Shown: positions 29,009 through 38,227 of the stretch, one piece after another
How the letters are laid out: each line of letters begins with the position of its first letter
Position numbering within the stretch: the stretch's first letter is position 1
Virus record (IMG/VR): IMGVR_UViG_3300021426_000003
Coordinates: 39,151-103,150 of that record
DNA: 64,000 bases
Origin: a virus
Reading direction: 5' to 3' (one strand)
Position numbers and translations under genes: made by a program
Notes under the pieces: model-generated
The model's database searches: none
Told to the model about the DNA's origin: nothing
The model's input: only the letters and a program-made list of their open reading frames with translations

Positions 29009-29320
29009 TTATCCATCATAACCATAAATAGAAACTGCAACCACTTCATCACCATGTTCTGTTGTATATTCTGTAGTTTCTATGTCATAATAATTTCCAT
29101 AAGGGCTTTCACAAGGGTTATCCCAAAAGTCATCTGAATATTTTTCATATTCTTTACTTTCATTTTTATTAACCCATGTGTCATTCATCCAATCCCATAC
29201 CCAATCAGGGTCATTCCATTTCCTGTTCCAATCTTCATATTCTTTTTTAGTCATAATAGTAAGAGTATTTACAGAACTTGAATTAGTTTCCCATACGCTT
29301 GTTCTAATCTGTTTTTTCAT
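29009..29320 (-). CDS. ETNSSS-family paralog B (hypothetical, acidic and Trp-rich)
   Basis: ATG at 29318-29320 with a GAGGAG RBS gives MKKQIRTSVWETNSSSVNTL...; the rest is D/E/W-rich. Confidence 0.5.
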   Translation of the reverse strand: MKKQIRTSVWETNSSSVNTLTIMTKKEYEDWNRKWNDPDWVWDWMNDTWVNKNESKEYEKYSDDFWDNPCESPYGNYYDIETTEYTTEHGDEVVAVSIYGYDG

Positions 29321-30137
29321 TTTCGCTCTCCTCATAAAGGAAATAATCGAAACTTCCCCTTTTGGGAAATTGTAATACAATAGAATCTTTATTAATTAAT
29401 CCACACTTAAACATATCAGAAAGGGTACTATATTCATCCCCCGTTATAATCACAACAACATCTTTCCTAACAAGATAATCTTCTAATGACAGATTATTAT
29501 CTTTTAAAAATCTTTTAAGTAATCCCGCAGATTGATGGTCTATTCCTCCAAACTTTGGTACATCAAACCAAGCTTCTTCAATAGGTCTACCATCTATATC
29601 TACATTTTTATACATACCCCTAACCAAATCGTCTTCAGATGAATCTTTCCGTTCATCTTTATCTACATAAATAAGTTTCTGATAAGGCACTTCTTCAACT
29701 TCATCAAGATTATCTCCACCACCTACATAGACTTCAAAAGGTCTATCATCCCATCTGTCCCATTCAATATCGTCACATCCAATAAGACGAATGAGCAAAG
29801 GTTTAAACATCTCATCAAATGTCTTCTCGCTTTCAAGATAAGACTTAATACTGTAATTATTCCCACAATACTCTGCTACAGCATAAGCAAGTTTATCTGT
29901 AAATGTCACAAGAACATTGAAAGGAGAGCGTCCAAACTCATTATCCCAAGGGTCAATCTTTACAACTTCCTTTTCATCATTTTTATGATGTTCTTTGTAC
30001 CAATCCTCATTAAGATAAAATTCATTACGAATTTCTTCCTGTGTCATTCGAATGTTTGAATTTTTCTTTGTAACCACTAAGCTATGCATCGATGAACTGT
30101 TAGTTTCGAAACAACCTTTTCTAACTTGATATTTCAT
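29304..30137 (-). CDS. ETNSSS-family paralog C (hypothetical, acidic)
   Basis: N-terminus MKYQVRKGCFETNSSSMHSL; 277 aa, D/E-rich. Confidence 0.5.
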   Translation of the reverse strand: MKYQVRKGCFETNSSSMHSLVVTKKNSNIRMTQEEIRNEFYLNEDWYKEHHKNDEKEVVKIDPWDNEFGRSPFNVLVTFTDKLAYAVAEYCGNNYSIKSYLESEKTFDEMFKPLLIRLIGCDDIEWDRWDDRPFEVYVGGGDNLDEVEEVPYQKLIYVDKDERKDSSEDDLVRGMYKNVDIDGRPIEEAWFDVPKFGGIDHQSAGLLKRFLKDNNLSLEDYLVRKDVVVIITGDEYSTLSDMFKCGLINKDSIVLQFPKRGSFDYFLYEESENEKTD

Positions 30138-30140
30138 TTT

Positions 30141-30467
30141 TTACCTCGTTAATAATTCAATGGTTTTTGAAATAGGAGATACACGCCAGCTCACTAAGTC
30201 AACAACCATATAAGGAGTTATAACAATTCCTAAAACTAATATGACTCCAATTACAAGAATTAATATTATTCCTCGCCAACTATCCAAATTAAACCATCTT
30301 TTTTTTGAACCTATAACAAGAATAACAACCGCTAATACTAAAGCAGTAATCCAAAACGCCAGACCAATCTTGTCCATTGTTGTATAATATCTACAAAGTT
30401 CATCTACCAAATAGTTTGCTGTTACTCCAAATTTCTCACAAAGTTTTTCAATAGCCTGTTCCCCCAT
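30141..30467 (-). CDS. small membrane protein (2 TM helices)
   Basis: Hydrophobic segments LAFWITALVLAVVILVIG and GIILILVIGVILVLGIVI. Confidence 0.45.
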   Translation of the reverse strand: MGEQAIEKLCEKFGVTANYLVDELCRYYTTMDKIGLAFWITALVLAVVILVIGSKKRWFNLDSWRGIILILVIGVILVLGIVITPYMVVDLVSWRVSPISKTIELLTR

Positions 30468-30688
30468 TAATCAATTCCTCCGTTCTTATATATACAATCT
30501 TCAATTTTATCTGTAAAACTAACTGGAAATTCTTTGTTAATAGTTATAGTTGGAAACTCATTGTCATCGAAACAAATCTCAACATTCAGGGTGGTATCGT
30601 ATTTTGTATTACCAACAATATCTTCCGCATTATTCTCAATGTCTTTGCAAGCCTGTTTTAATAATTCAATTCTTAGTTCTTTATTCAT
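30467..30688 (-). CDS. hypothetical small protein
   Basis: 73-aa ORF coupled to the downstream gene. Confidence 0.35.
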   Translation of the reverse strand: MNKELRIELLKQACKDIENNAEDIVGNTKYDTTLNVEICFDDNEFPTITINKEFPVSFTDKIEDCIYKNGGID

Positions 30689-30698
30689 TTATTCTTCC

Positions 30699-31493
30699 TT
30701 AAATATGGCAATCAACAATAGTACAGATTAAATCACTATCAAGATTTGGTTTAATAAATCTATCATAAAATTCCAAATCCCATTTAAGTTCATCTTCAGG
30801 TTCTCCATCTGTACAAGCCCACCAGCCCATATTAGATGGAGCATGCCATTTTCCATCAGGGGTTATAACTGCAAAAAAAGTAATCATTTCTTTAGTTTTT
30901 ATATAAGTATCTGCGTCTCTATATCTTCTCTTATACCAATCTGGATTCCAGAAAAAATATTCATCTTTTTTTTCTCCATCTTTAAGTTCGTCTTTTTCAA
31001 CATTGATTTCCCACCAACGTCTTAATTTTTCTTTTTCAATAGGAGATGAAGGAATAAACCATTGAATATATTTAAGAGGAGCAACATTTACATATCTCAT
31101 ATAATGAAAATCTTCACGTAAATTTTTTATATCAATATCAGTGCAATATTTCCTCTTAATTTCATCAACAGCATTTAATCTACCTTCATCAGTCAACATT
31201 AATTCGCCATCAAATCTGCCACCAATCTGATACCAGTCCCATTTAGAGTTTGGGTTATATGTAGAGTACAAATCACCATTAATATCAATAAGTCCACAGT
31301 CATTAGCAAAAATTTTAAGAAGTTCTTTATTACTACGATGTTTATATCCATATTCTTCCTTTGCCTTTTTAATGGCTTCATCATACTCATATTTTAAATA
31401 AGGCTCTACTTCAAGATTTTCATCATAAGGAGCAAGAAGTCCTTCAATGTCTTGATTTTCTTTATGAATTACTAATACCGCATAATGACTCAT
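30699..31493 (-). CDS. hypothetical protein (264 aa, Trp-rich)
   Basis: ORF with coupled arrangement to the SPFH gene. Confidence 0.45.
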   Translation of the reverse strand: MSHYAVLVIHKENQDIEGLLAPYDENLEVEPYLKYEYDEAIKKAKEEYGYKHRSNKELLKIFANDCGLIDINGDLYSTYNPNSKWDWYQIGGRFDGELMLTDEGRLNAVDEIKRKYCTDIDIKNLREDFHYMRYVNVAPLKYIQWFIPSSPIEKEKLRRWWEINVEKDELKDGEKKDEYFFWNPDWYKRRYRDADTYIKTKEMITFFAVITPDGKWHAPSNMGWWACTDGEPEDELKWDLEFYDRFIKPNLDSDLICTIVDCHI

Positions 31494-31496
31494 ATT

Positions 31497-32480
31497 TTAT
31501 TCCTCTTTACTTTCTTTAGGAGATGAATTTATATCAAGCATTGGGACAGAATTCCCTCCAACTACAGAAGGTCTCCAATTCCCAATAGATTCAGCTTGGA
31601 CTCTTTCAACATCAATTCGTTTTAATTCAATAAGTTCTGGTGTTAAAGATTCTGCTATTTTTCTATTAGATTCAGCTTCAGCCTCTGCTGCAATTCGTTC
31701 TCTTTCAGCCGCAGCTTCTGCTTCTTGCTTTTTTCTTGCAATTTCTGCATCAGATTTAATCTTTGCTTCTTTTGTTTCAGCTTCAGCATCTGCAAGTTTC
31801 TTTTCATTTATATATTTAGCATTTTCTGCTTCAAGTTTAGCGAGGTCTCTTTTTTCAAGAGCGGCGTTATACTCTTCGCTAAAATCCATATTGCCAATAT
31901 TAACAGAATTAACTGTAAGGACTGATTCTTTATAATACTTATTAATTTCTTCCTGCAAATATTTAAGTGTGAGAGGTTCAATATAACTTCTATTTGTCAC
32001 TTGGTCATTAGGAAGTTCTACGGCAGCACGTTTAATAGCAGTACTAATAATACTTCCTTTTAAAAGTCTATAATCCCATTCTTCAACATTAGACCAAATC
32101 CAAGCTGCTTTTTCTGAATTAATTTGAAAACTAATTCTAATGTTTTCCGCATATACAGGGGTTCTTTCAGAACTTTCTCCCCAAATCTTATCTTCATATT
32201 TTGTATCCTGTTGTTTACAATTTATTTTATCTACATGATAAATAATAGGAATAGAAAAATATTGCCCAGAAGGAAGTACTTCTCCCGAAATCTGACCATA
32301 TGTTGTTTTAATTCCTACATACCCACTTGGGACAATAACAATTGAAAATCCCCAAATAAACAATACAGCTCCTAAAACAAATCCTATAACTCCAAATGCT
32401 TTTCCTTCATCAATTATTACCAACCACGCAACAGATATTCCTAAAATAATCAGACCAATAATCACCAACAATAATTTCAT
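31497..32480 (-). CDS. SPFH/band-7 (stomatin/prohibitin/HflKC-like) membrane protein
   Basis: N-terminal TM segment, band-7-like core, and a C-terminal Ala/Glu/Lys coiled coil (EAEAAAERERIAAEAEAESNRKIAES). Confidence 0.7.
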   Translation of the reverse strand: MKLLLVIIGLIILGISVAWLVIIDEGKAFGVIGFVLGAVLFIWGFSIVIVPSGYVGIKTTYGQISGEVLPSGQYFSIPIIYHVDKINCKQQDTKYEDKIWGESSERTPVYAENIRISFQINSEKAAWIWSNVEEWDYRLLKGSIISTAIKRAAVELPNDQVTNRSYIEPLTLKYLQEEINKYYKESVLTVNSVNIGNMDFSEEYNAALEKRDLAKLEAENAKYINEKKLADAEAETKEAKIKSDAEIARKKQEAEAAAERERIAAEAEAESNRKIAESLTPELIELKRIDVERVQAESIGNWRPSVVGGNSVPMLDINSSPKESKEE

Positions 32481-32512
32481 ATTAAATCCTCCTTTTGTAT
32501 ATTATATGTAAT

Positions 32513-33043
32513 TTATCTATTAATCACATTAAAATGACAATGTTCCAATATATCTAATGCTTTTTCATGCCATTCTGGAGTAGACCCAGCACAGCAAGCT
32601 GCATCAATAGTGATAGGAATATTAGGGAATGCTGCTTTCAATGTCATAGCATTTGCTAATATACAGAAGTCAGTGTCAAGTCCTACTATTTCTACTTCTG
32701 TAATATCTTTAACTAAAGATCCGTCAGGGTAAGGGTATCCAAAAGTTTCTTTTTCTATATAAAAAATATTATCACGACTTAAATAACTGGATATTAAATT
32801 TAAAATATCTTCATGTATTTGCCATCCTTTTGTTTTATAAAGACAATGTTTAATAGGAAGATGTTTTCCTTCTTCTGTTTCTAAGTAATCAGTATGATGA
32901 GTATCTTGAGTTAAAACAATAAAATCAAAATTGACATTTTTAATTTTTTCTACTACCTTAGGTACAATAGCTTGAGCTTCGGGGCTACCTAATACTCCAT
33001 CAATAAAATCATTCTGCATATCAATTACAACTAAAAGCTTCAA
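32513..33043 (-). CDS. pncA: isochorismatase-family cysteine hydrolase (nicotinamidase/pyrazinamidase-like)
   Basis: VVIDMQNDF N-terminal motif and VGLDTDFCILA catalytic-Cys context typical of PncA/isochorismatase. Confidence 0.7.
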   Translation of the reverse strand: MKLLVVIDMQNDFIDGVLGSPEAQAIVPKVVEKIKNVNFDFIVLTQDTHHTDYLETEEGKHLPIKHCLYKTKGWQIHEDILNLISSYLSRDNIFYIEKETFGYPYPDGSLVKDITEVEIVGLDTDFCILANAMTLKAAFPNIPITIDAACCAGSTPEWHEKALDILEHCHFNVINR

Positions 33044-33085
33044 ATAAATACCTCCATATATATTATATACATGTTAGCATTAATA

Positions 33086-33325
33086 TTAAAGATTGTCAAG
33101 GTCTATTGGAGTAGCAGGAGATTTACCCCATTTCATCCAATATTCTGAACACTGTGATAGAGTACAATTCTTGTCTTTTGTTCTTTCAAAGTTTTCACAC
33201 AGGTCACAACCAGTTCGATGAACAATAAAAAATGCGAGTTCTGCATCATTCATTTTTCGTACCATATCAAAATTGGTTTCTTGAATTGGAATAATTGTAT
33301 GTTTGTCTTTTTTAAATTTCTTCAT
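33086..33325 (-). CDS. hypothetical small protein
   Basis: 79-aa ORF with CDLCENF...CTLSQC cysteines. Confidence 0.35.
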   Translation of the reverse strand: MKKFKKDKHTIIPIQETNFDMVRKMNDAELAFFIVHRTGCDLCENFERTKDKNCTLSQCSEYWMKWGKSPATPIDLDNL

Positions 33326-33507
33326 TCGTTCACCTCTTTATTTAACCATACGATAGTAGCTTCTACGGCATCTTCAAATATAAACCATTCAATTCCTGAT
33401 GGGTCTGCGTATACATCATTACCATCTATATCTTGTCTTACAAAAGTAACAAGATATTCTGCCAAATCATAATCATCTAAATTAAATAAGTAGTCTTTAT
33501 TTATCAT
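33322..33507 (-). CDS. hypothetical small protein
   Basis: 61-aa ORF, coupled overlaps. Confidence 0.3.
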   Translation of the reverse strand: MINKDYLFNLDDYDLAEYLVTFVRQDIDGNDVYADPSGIEWFIFEDAVEATIVWLNKEVNE

Positions 33508-33709
33508 TTCTTTTCCTCCGTTTACTAAGCTTAAGATATTGTCTAATATCAGTTTCTTTTAATGCTAATATTTTTTTAGATTTATTTTTATCATAAATCC
33601 TAACTGCTTGAATCTTATCAATCATTGTGTTATCAAGATTTACCGAATTGTTATTCATTGGGGCAGTACCGATTAAATCAATCCGTATCTTTACCTGTTT
33701 CTTCTCCAT
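33497..33709 (-). CDS. hypothetical small basic protein
   Basis: 70-aa ORF, K/R-rich C-terminus. Confidence 0.3.
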   Translation of the reverse strand: MEKKQVKIRIDLIGTAPMNNNSVNLDNTMIDKIQAVRIYDKNKSKKILALKETDIRQYLKLSKRRKRNDK

Positions 33710-33917
33710 TTAAATACTCCTGTTCTTTTTGTTCTAATTGAAGCTGTTTCTTCCTATATTTATGTAGCCTGTTTGCCAAGCACCAATCACACCCCCCATG
33801 ACATCTGCATGAGGGGTCGATTGCTTTAGAGCCACGATATTCTTTCCTATACTCTTTATGATGTTGAATTCCTTTATCTAAACTCATTTTTTCTTTCATG
33901 CTCCAATTGCAAATCAA
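33678..33917 (-). CDS. hypothetical Cys-rich small protein
   Basis: CRCHGGCDWC cluster; 79 aa. Confidence 0.35.
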   Translation of the reverse strand: MICNWSMKEKMSLDKGIQHHKEYRKEYRGSKAIDPSCRCHGGCDWCLANRLHKYRKKQLQLEQKEQEYLNGEETGKDTD

Positions 33918-34152
33918 AAGCGTAGAAAAACAGTGTTCTTATATCTTCTGATATTTTTAATAATTTGTTATATTTTGTTTCATAAAGAGCATAATTATTA
34001 TCGCTTATATTTGTAATCTTAAAACGCCAAAAAGAAGAAGCATCACATCTCCAATCTATTTTTGCTGTTTTTTCTTTAGGTTCATACCATTGCATTTTAT
34101 TCTCCTGTATTAAATATAATTGTGCCATCTTTAAGCTCACTATTAGAAACAA
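33874..34152 (-). CDS. hypothetical small protein
   Basis: 92-aa ORF in the compact small-gene array. Confidence 0.3.
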   Translation of the reverse strand: MFLIVSLKMAQLYLIQENKMQWYEPKEKTAKIDWRCDASSFWRFKITNISDNNYALYETKYNKLLKISEDIRTLFFYAFDLQLEHERKNEFR

Positions 34153-34420
34153 TTTTAATTAAATAATCATATATATATTTATTATCTGCTGTTGAAGTCA
34201 AAGGATTAATCTCTGATTCAATTGGAGTATTAAATAATCTAAATAACCAATTATATGTATTATCATTCATATTAATCGATTGGATAAAAATACTATTTTT
34301 TTCACAATCATTAATTGATTGAAGAATCTTTTTTGCAAGACTGGGTACATATCCAGAACAAAAATAATAAGATGCAGGACAGTGAATATTTTCATTAAAA
34401 GTAATTGATGTATTATTCAT
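34097..34420 (-). CDS. hypothetical protein
   Basis: 107-aa ORF with a strong GGAG RBS. Confidence 0.35.
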   Translation of the reverse strand: MNNTSITFNENIHCPASYYFCSGYVPSLAKKILQSINDCEKNSIFIQSINMNDNTYNWLFRLFNTPIESEINPLTSTADNKYIYDYLIKIVSNSELKDGTIIFNTGE

Positions 34421-34440
34421 ATATAATATCTCCTTATTAA

Positions 34441-34761
34441 TTATTCATCTTCATCTTCATCTTCGTAATCTTCATCTTCATCCATGAACATACTGTATTC
34501 TTTTTTTGTAGGAACTATATCTTCTGTACCATCTTTCTTTTTTCTTACTCTGAATATTACTGTTGATTTATCTTCGGGGAAAACCAGAAGGTCTAATGCG
34601 TTTACTGGTTCTTTTGGCTGCTTACCCAGACGAAAAGGATAAAGAGCACAATCTGTGTCTAAACATTTCTTTACTTCTTTGGTTGTAATTGAACACTGTC
34701 TGCATTTAGCAATAATTGCTGTTCTGTAAGTAAGTTTCTTAAAAGGTTTTGTTTCTGTCAT
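34441..34761 (-). CDS. hypothetical protein with a poly-acidic C-terminus
   Basis: 106 aa ending DEDEDYEDEDEDE; starts MTETK with the same first 19 nt as the next gene. Confidence 0.4.
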   Translation of the reverse strand: MTETKPFKKLTYRTAIIAKCRQCSITTKEVKKCLDTDCALYPFRLGKQPKEPVNALDLLVFPEDKSTVIFRVRKKKDGTEDIVPTKKEYSMFMDEDEDYEDEDEDE

Positions 34762-34768
34762 TTTTATA

Positions 34769-35293
34769 TTACTCCTCTTCAGTGTATGCTTTTATTTCTG
34801 TAACTTCGCAATAACCATTATCTTCAAAATCTAAATCCATTACTAAACCAAAAGAATCATATTGGTCATTTTCATTAATAACACAATATACATTTGTTAC
34901 CATATATTTATTTTCTAAAGGTATATCATTTATAGTATTGATTTTTACAAATTTTATAATATATTCAAAATCATTTCTGTTAAAAAATTCATTTTGTTTG
35001 AATAATTTTATTAATTCATCATATGCAATTTTGAAGGTAGGATATTTTTTTGCTTCTTTAAGTGTTCCAACTTCATTAGGAGCAGAACATATTTTATTTC
35101 CGAAACAATCTATTTTACTTGTTGTATTATTACCATCATAAAAACCATCATCTCTCCATTTTTCATTATAATCAAGAATTATATATTTGTATTTTCCACC
35201 TTCTTGAGGAGGTTCATCAAGCCATTCTTCAATAAAACCAAATACATAAAAACTCTGCATGTTTTGTTTTTTTAAAAGTTTTGTTTCTGTCAT
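34769..35293 (-). CDS. hypothetical protein
   Basis: 174 aa; start MTETK duplicated; coupled to the nucleotidyltransferase gene. Confidence 0.45.
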   Translation of the reverse strand: MTETKLLKKQNMQSFYVFGFIEEWLDEPPQEGGKYKYIILDYNEKWRDDGFYDGNNTTSKIDCFGNKICSAPNEVGTLKEAKKYPTFKIAYDELIKLFKQNEFFNRNDFEYIIKFVKINTINDIPLENKYMVTNVYCVINENDQYDSFGLVMDLDFEDNGYCEVTEIKAYTEEE

Positions 35294-36324
35294 TAAACTA
35301 CTCCTTCCTGATATAATACAGTTAAATTGGCATCATATAAAAAATCATTAATTCGTTTATAATCAGGGTTATCTGGAAGAGGAGAGTGGTCTTTTAAATA
35401 ATTTAATTTATTTTCCATCTCATCAACAATATCATAAAACTCTTTAGTAGGTTGTTTATCATCATCCAAATACTTACCATTTCTAATATCCATTAGGAAA
35501 TCATGTTCTTTTTTTCTATATGTAATAATCTTACCGTCTTCAAGAATATCAAAGCACATAAGATATAATCTAATAAGATGCATCATATGTTTGCTTAACT
35601 TATCATGCTCAATGGCTTTTGAATTACGTCTTCCAATTTTAGAATAATCTTTAACAATATTCTGCATCTCTGACCACATAGATTTATAATCCCTAAGTGG
35701 ATAATGTTTTAAATTTATATCCATAAAAATTTCTGTATCATAATCTTCTTGGATAGCTTTATCAATATAAAGCTTAATAGAATCTTCTGGATAATTAAAA
35801 TATTTATCTGGATAAGAATATCTTGCATTTTCAATACTTGCTAAAATATGTTTTTCTCTTTGCTCCTGTTCTACTGTACGAACAGCTTTATTAGATAATC
35901 TTCGAAGTTGTGCAGTAGCATAACCACCGAATGAATGGGCAGCTCTTTTAGATAGAAACATATCTTTATTTTTAATAAGCTCTTGACCAATATAACCTGT
36001 ATATAAATACTGCCAAGGTTCAAGACCTAAAATTTCAATTGTATTAGGATTACAATTGGAAAGAAGATTAACAATCTTTTCAAGAGAATAAACAGTTGTA
36101 TCAGTAGCTTCATTAACAACCTGTTCAAAACCTTTTCTTGTAAGAATATCTTCTGAATTATGAGTAGCCACACCTCTGATATCCAAATCACTGTTTTCAG
36201 TATTAGTGCCATAAGCATAGCTGCCACCAAGTCCTAATAGAATAATATTGTTGCCCAATGGTTTTTCTTTTAAAAAACTGTATTCAGAAGAAGCAATTTT
36301 ATTTTTAATTTCTTCAATTGTCAT
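35293..36324 (-). CDS. Pol-beta-superfamily nucleotidyltransferase
   Basis: GLGGSYAYGTNTENSDLDIRGV matches the hG[GS]-x9-13-Dh[DE]h NTase signature; 343 aa with a helical C-terminal domain. Confidence 0.6.
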   Translation of the reverse strand: MTIEEIKNKIASSEYSFLKEKPLGNNIILLGLGGSYAYGTNTENSDLDIRGVATHNSEDILTRKGFEQVVNEATDTTVYSLEKIVNLLSNCNPNTIEILGLEPWQYLYTGYIGQELIKNKDMFLSKRAAHSFGGYATAQLRRLSNKAVRTVEQEQREKHILASIENARYSYPDKYFNYPEDSIKLYIDKAIQEDYDTEIFMDINLKHYPLRDYKSMWSEMQNIVKDYSKIGRRNSKAIEHDKLSKHMMHLIRLYLMCFDILEDGKIITYRKKEHDFLMDIRNGKYLDDDKQPTKEFYDIVDEMENKLNYLKDHSPLPDNPDYKRINDFLYDANLTVLYQEGVV

Positions 36325-36444
36325 TTAAATACATCCTCCGCATTCTCCATAACGCCAATCCTGTGAATTGATTGCTGTATAAATTTCTTTTTGAATAATA
36401 AGGTCTGTTGAAATTTTATTTAACCATTCTTTATTTTCTTTAAT

Positions 36445-36657
36445 TCATTCATCACAGAATAAACCCTCTTCATATGAATCCCATACTTCCTGCCAGTTTA
36501 CAAAATGCCAAGACCTATATGTATTATATGTATTCATTGGTTCATTTCTTAATTCGTTTGGAATTAAATAAGAAACATCTTTATTATTTACTTTTAAAAT
36601 CCATCGACCCGAACAAAGATTAGGATAATCACCTGTCCATTTAGCTTCTACTTTCAT
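36445..36657 (-). CDS. hypothetical small Trp-rich protein
   Basis: 70-aa ORF. Confidence 0.35.
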   Translation of the reverse strand: MKVEAKWTGDYPNLCSGRWILKVNNKDVSYLIPNELRNEPMNTYNTYRSWHFVNWQEVWDSYEEGLFCDE

Positions 36658-36878
36658 CTTGTAACCTTTCTTATAACTATTTGATTATCTATATCAATAT
36701 TGGCTTCACATGTAGTATCTAAACAATCTTTTCTACAATGAGAGTATAATGGTAATCTATCTTCTTTAGGAAGAATAATATTTAAAATTATATCCCTTTC
36801 ATTTGGACATGAGTTTAAATAATACATCTTATCTTTAACTTGTTTTGCAATTTTTCTTCTTAATTTCTTTTTATCCAA
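36654..36878 (-). CDS. hypothetical small Cys-containing protein
   Basis: 74-aa ORF, coupled. Confidence 0.35.
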   Translation of the reverse strand: MDKKKLRRKIAKQVKDKMYYLNSCPNERDIILNIILPKEDRLPLYSHCRKDCLDTTCEANIDIDNQIVIRKVTR

Positions 36879-37332
36879 TTGTTGTAAACCTCCAAAGGTA
36901 TCTATAAATTTTAGAAATTATATTATTTAATTCTTCCTTTGTATTTTTATATATAAACAATTTATCTATTTCCTCTTTATACCAAGGATGAAGAGAAGAA
37001 TAATTTTCTTCTGGAATCATACCTATAATTGGTTTATTTAATGTATATGCATACATCATTTCCTGAGCAGTACCAATAGAAGAGAATGAATTAAAATTAA
37101 TTATTATTATATCTGAGTGTTTAATCCAATAGAGGTCATATTTCATTGCTTCTTTTTCGTATAATTGGTCTGAGTTATTTGAAGGTGTATATAAATATGT
37201 TGGGTCTATAAAAATAAAACCATTACCTTCGTGTACATTTTCCAATTTAAATCCTGTTCTCCAATAAGAAGCTTCTTCTTCTGTTAAACCTGTCATTCCT
37301 CCACTAAGAAAGACTTTTAATTTATCTGACAT
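36871..37332 (-). CDS. nucleoside 2-deoxyribosyltransferase-like protein
   Basis: VFLSGG ... SIGTAQEMMYAYTLNKPIIG matches the SGT-x-E-x-G-x-A-x-x-KP signature of the NDT/DNPH1 family. Confidence 0.55.
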   Translation of the reverse strand: MSDKLKVFLSGGMTGLTEEEASYWRTGFKLENVHEGNGFIFIDPTYLYTPSNNSDQLYEKEAMKYDLYWIKHSDIIIINFNSFSSIGTAQEMMYAYTLNKPIIGMIPEENYSSLHPWYKEEIDKLFIYKNTKEELNNIISKIYRYLWRFTTIG

Positions 37333-37489
37333 ATTTATTTGTTCCCTTTCTTTTACAAAAATCTACACAGTCATATTTAATTGAATAATAAATTAAATAA
37401 AAGAGAGCAGTAATAAAATATTTCGATATTTTTGTTTGCAGAGCAAAGTCTGAATAATTTTTATAAAGTACTGTATATTTATATCCCAT

Positions 37490-37855
37490 TTAAACCTCCT
37501 CTGGATATTCTTGATATTGGACTGTAAATAATTTTGTTGTTGATGGCTCTTCATGATATTCAAATGTGAATTGAGTATCATATAAAAATGATTGTACATT
37601 GTTAATTACAATTTCTTTTTTATTTATTTCAATATTATATTTACATATATCATCATGAGTAAAAGACAAGTATGCATTACGATGAGTAAATGTACAATCA
37701 TGAAAAATTATTTCTGAATAATGTGTCCTGTGGTTTTTATCAATAAAGGGAATATTATAAAAAATAATCATATAATGCTGAACATTTTTTTTTGATTTAC
37801 GAGTTGAAATAATTTTAATTTTAGTTGCTTTGGGAAGTAAGTTAGTATTTATCAT
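37490..37855 (-). CDS. hypothetical protein
   Basis: 121-aa ORF; the overlapping 37393-37599 ORF is less likely. Confidence 0.35.
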   Translation of the reverse strand: MINTNLLPKATKIKIISTRKSKKNVQHYMIIFYNIPFIDKNHRTHYSEIIFHDCTFTHRNAYLSFTHDDICKYNIEINKKEIVINNVQSFLYDTQFTFEYHEEPSTTKLFTVQYQEYPEEV

Positions 37856-37867
37856 ATTAATCCTTTT

Positions 37868-38158
37868 TTAAAAACAAATATAAATAATGAAAGTTACTAC
37901 TACTGAAACAAGAAACAGGATATAAAAAAATACTCTAATTTTTTCTATAGCCTGAAAGAGAGCAGTGAGTTCTTCCTTATAATAATAATGTTCTGAATAT
38001 GATGGGGAGTTTGTATTAATTTCCCAAATACTAAGATTAATATAAGAAAAAATTTCTGCTATAGCTAGGATAAGCAATGTTGTTATGGTGGATAAAAATT
38101 TTAAGTTCATGTGTACCCCCTCCTGAGGTATGTGATTTGTGGTGCGGTTGGTTAACAT
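37868..38158 (-). CDS. small membrane protein
   Basis: 96 aa with two hydrophobic helices; last gene of the minus-strand block. Confidence 0.4.
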   Translation of the reverse strand: MLTNRTTNHIPQEGVHMNLKFLSTITTLLILAIAEIFSYINLSIWEINTNSPSYSEHYYYKEELTALFQAIEKIRVFFYILFLVSVVVTFIIYICF

Positions 38159-38227
38159 TTATAAACATGTAAATAATATACATGATTTAATTATATGGGT
38201 TTAATCGGAAAAGTCAAGAGGATAGGA

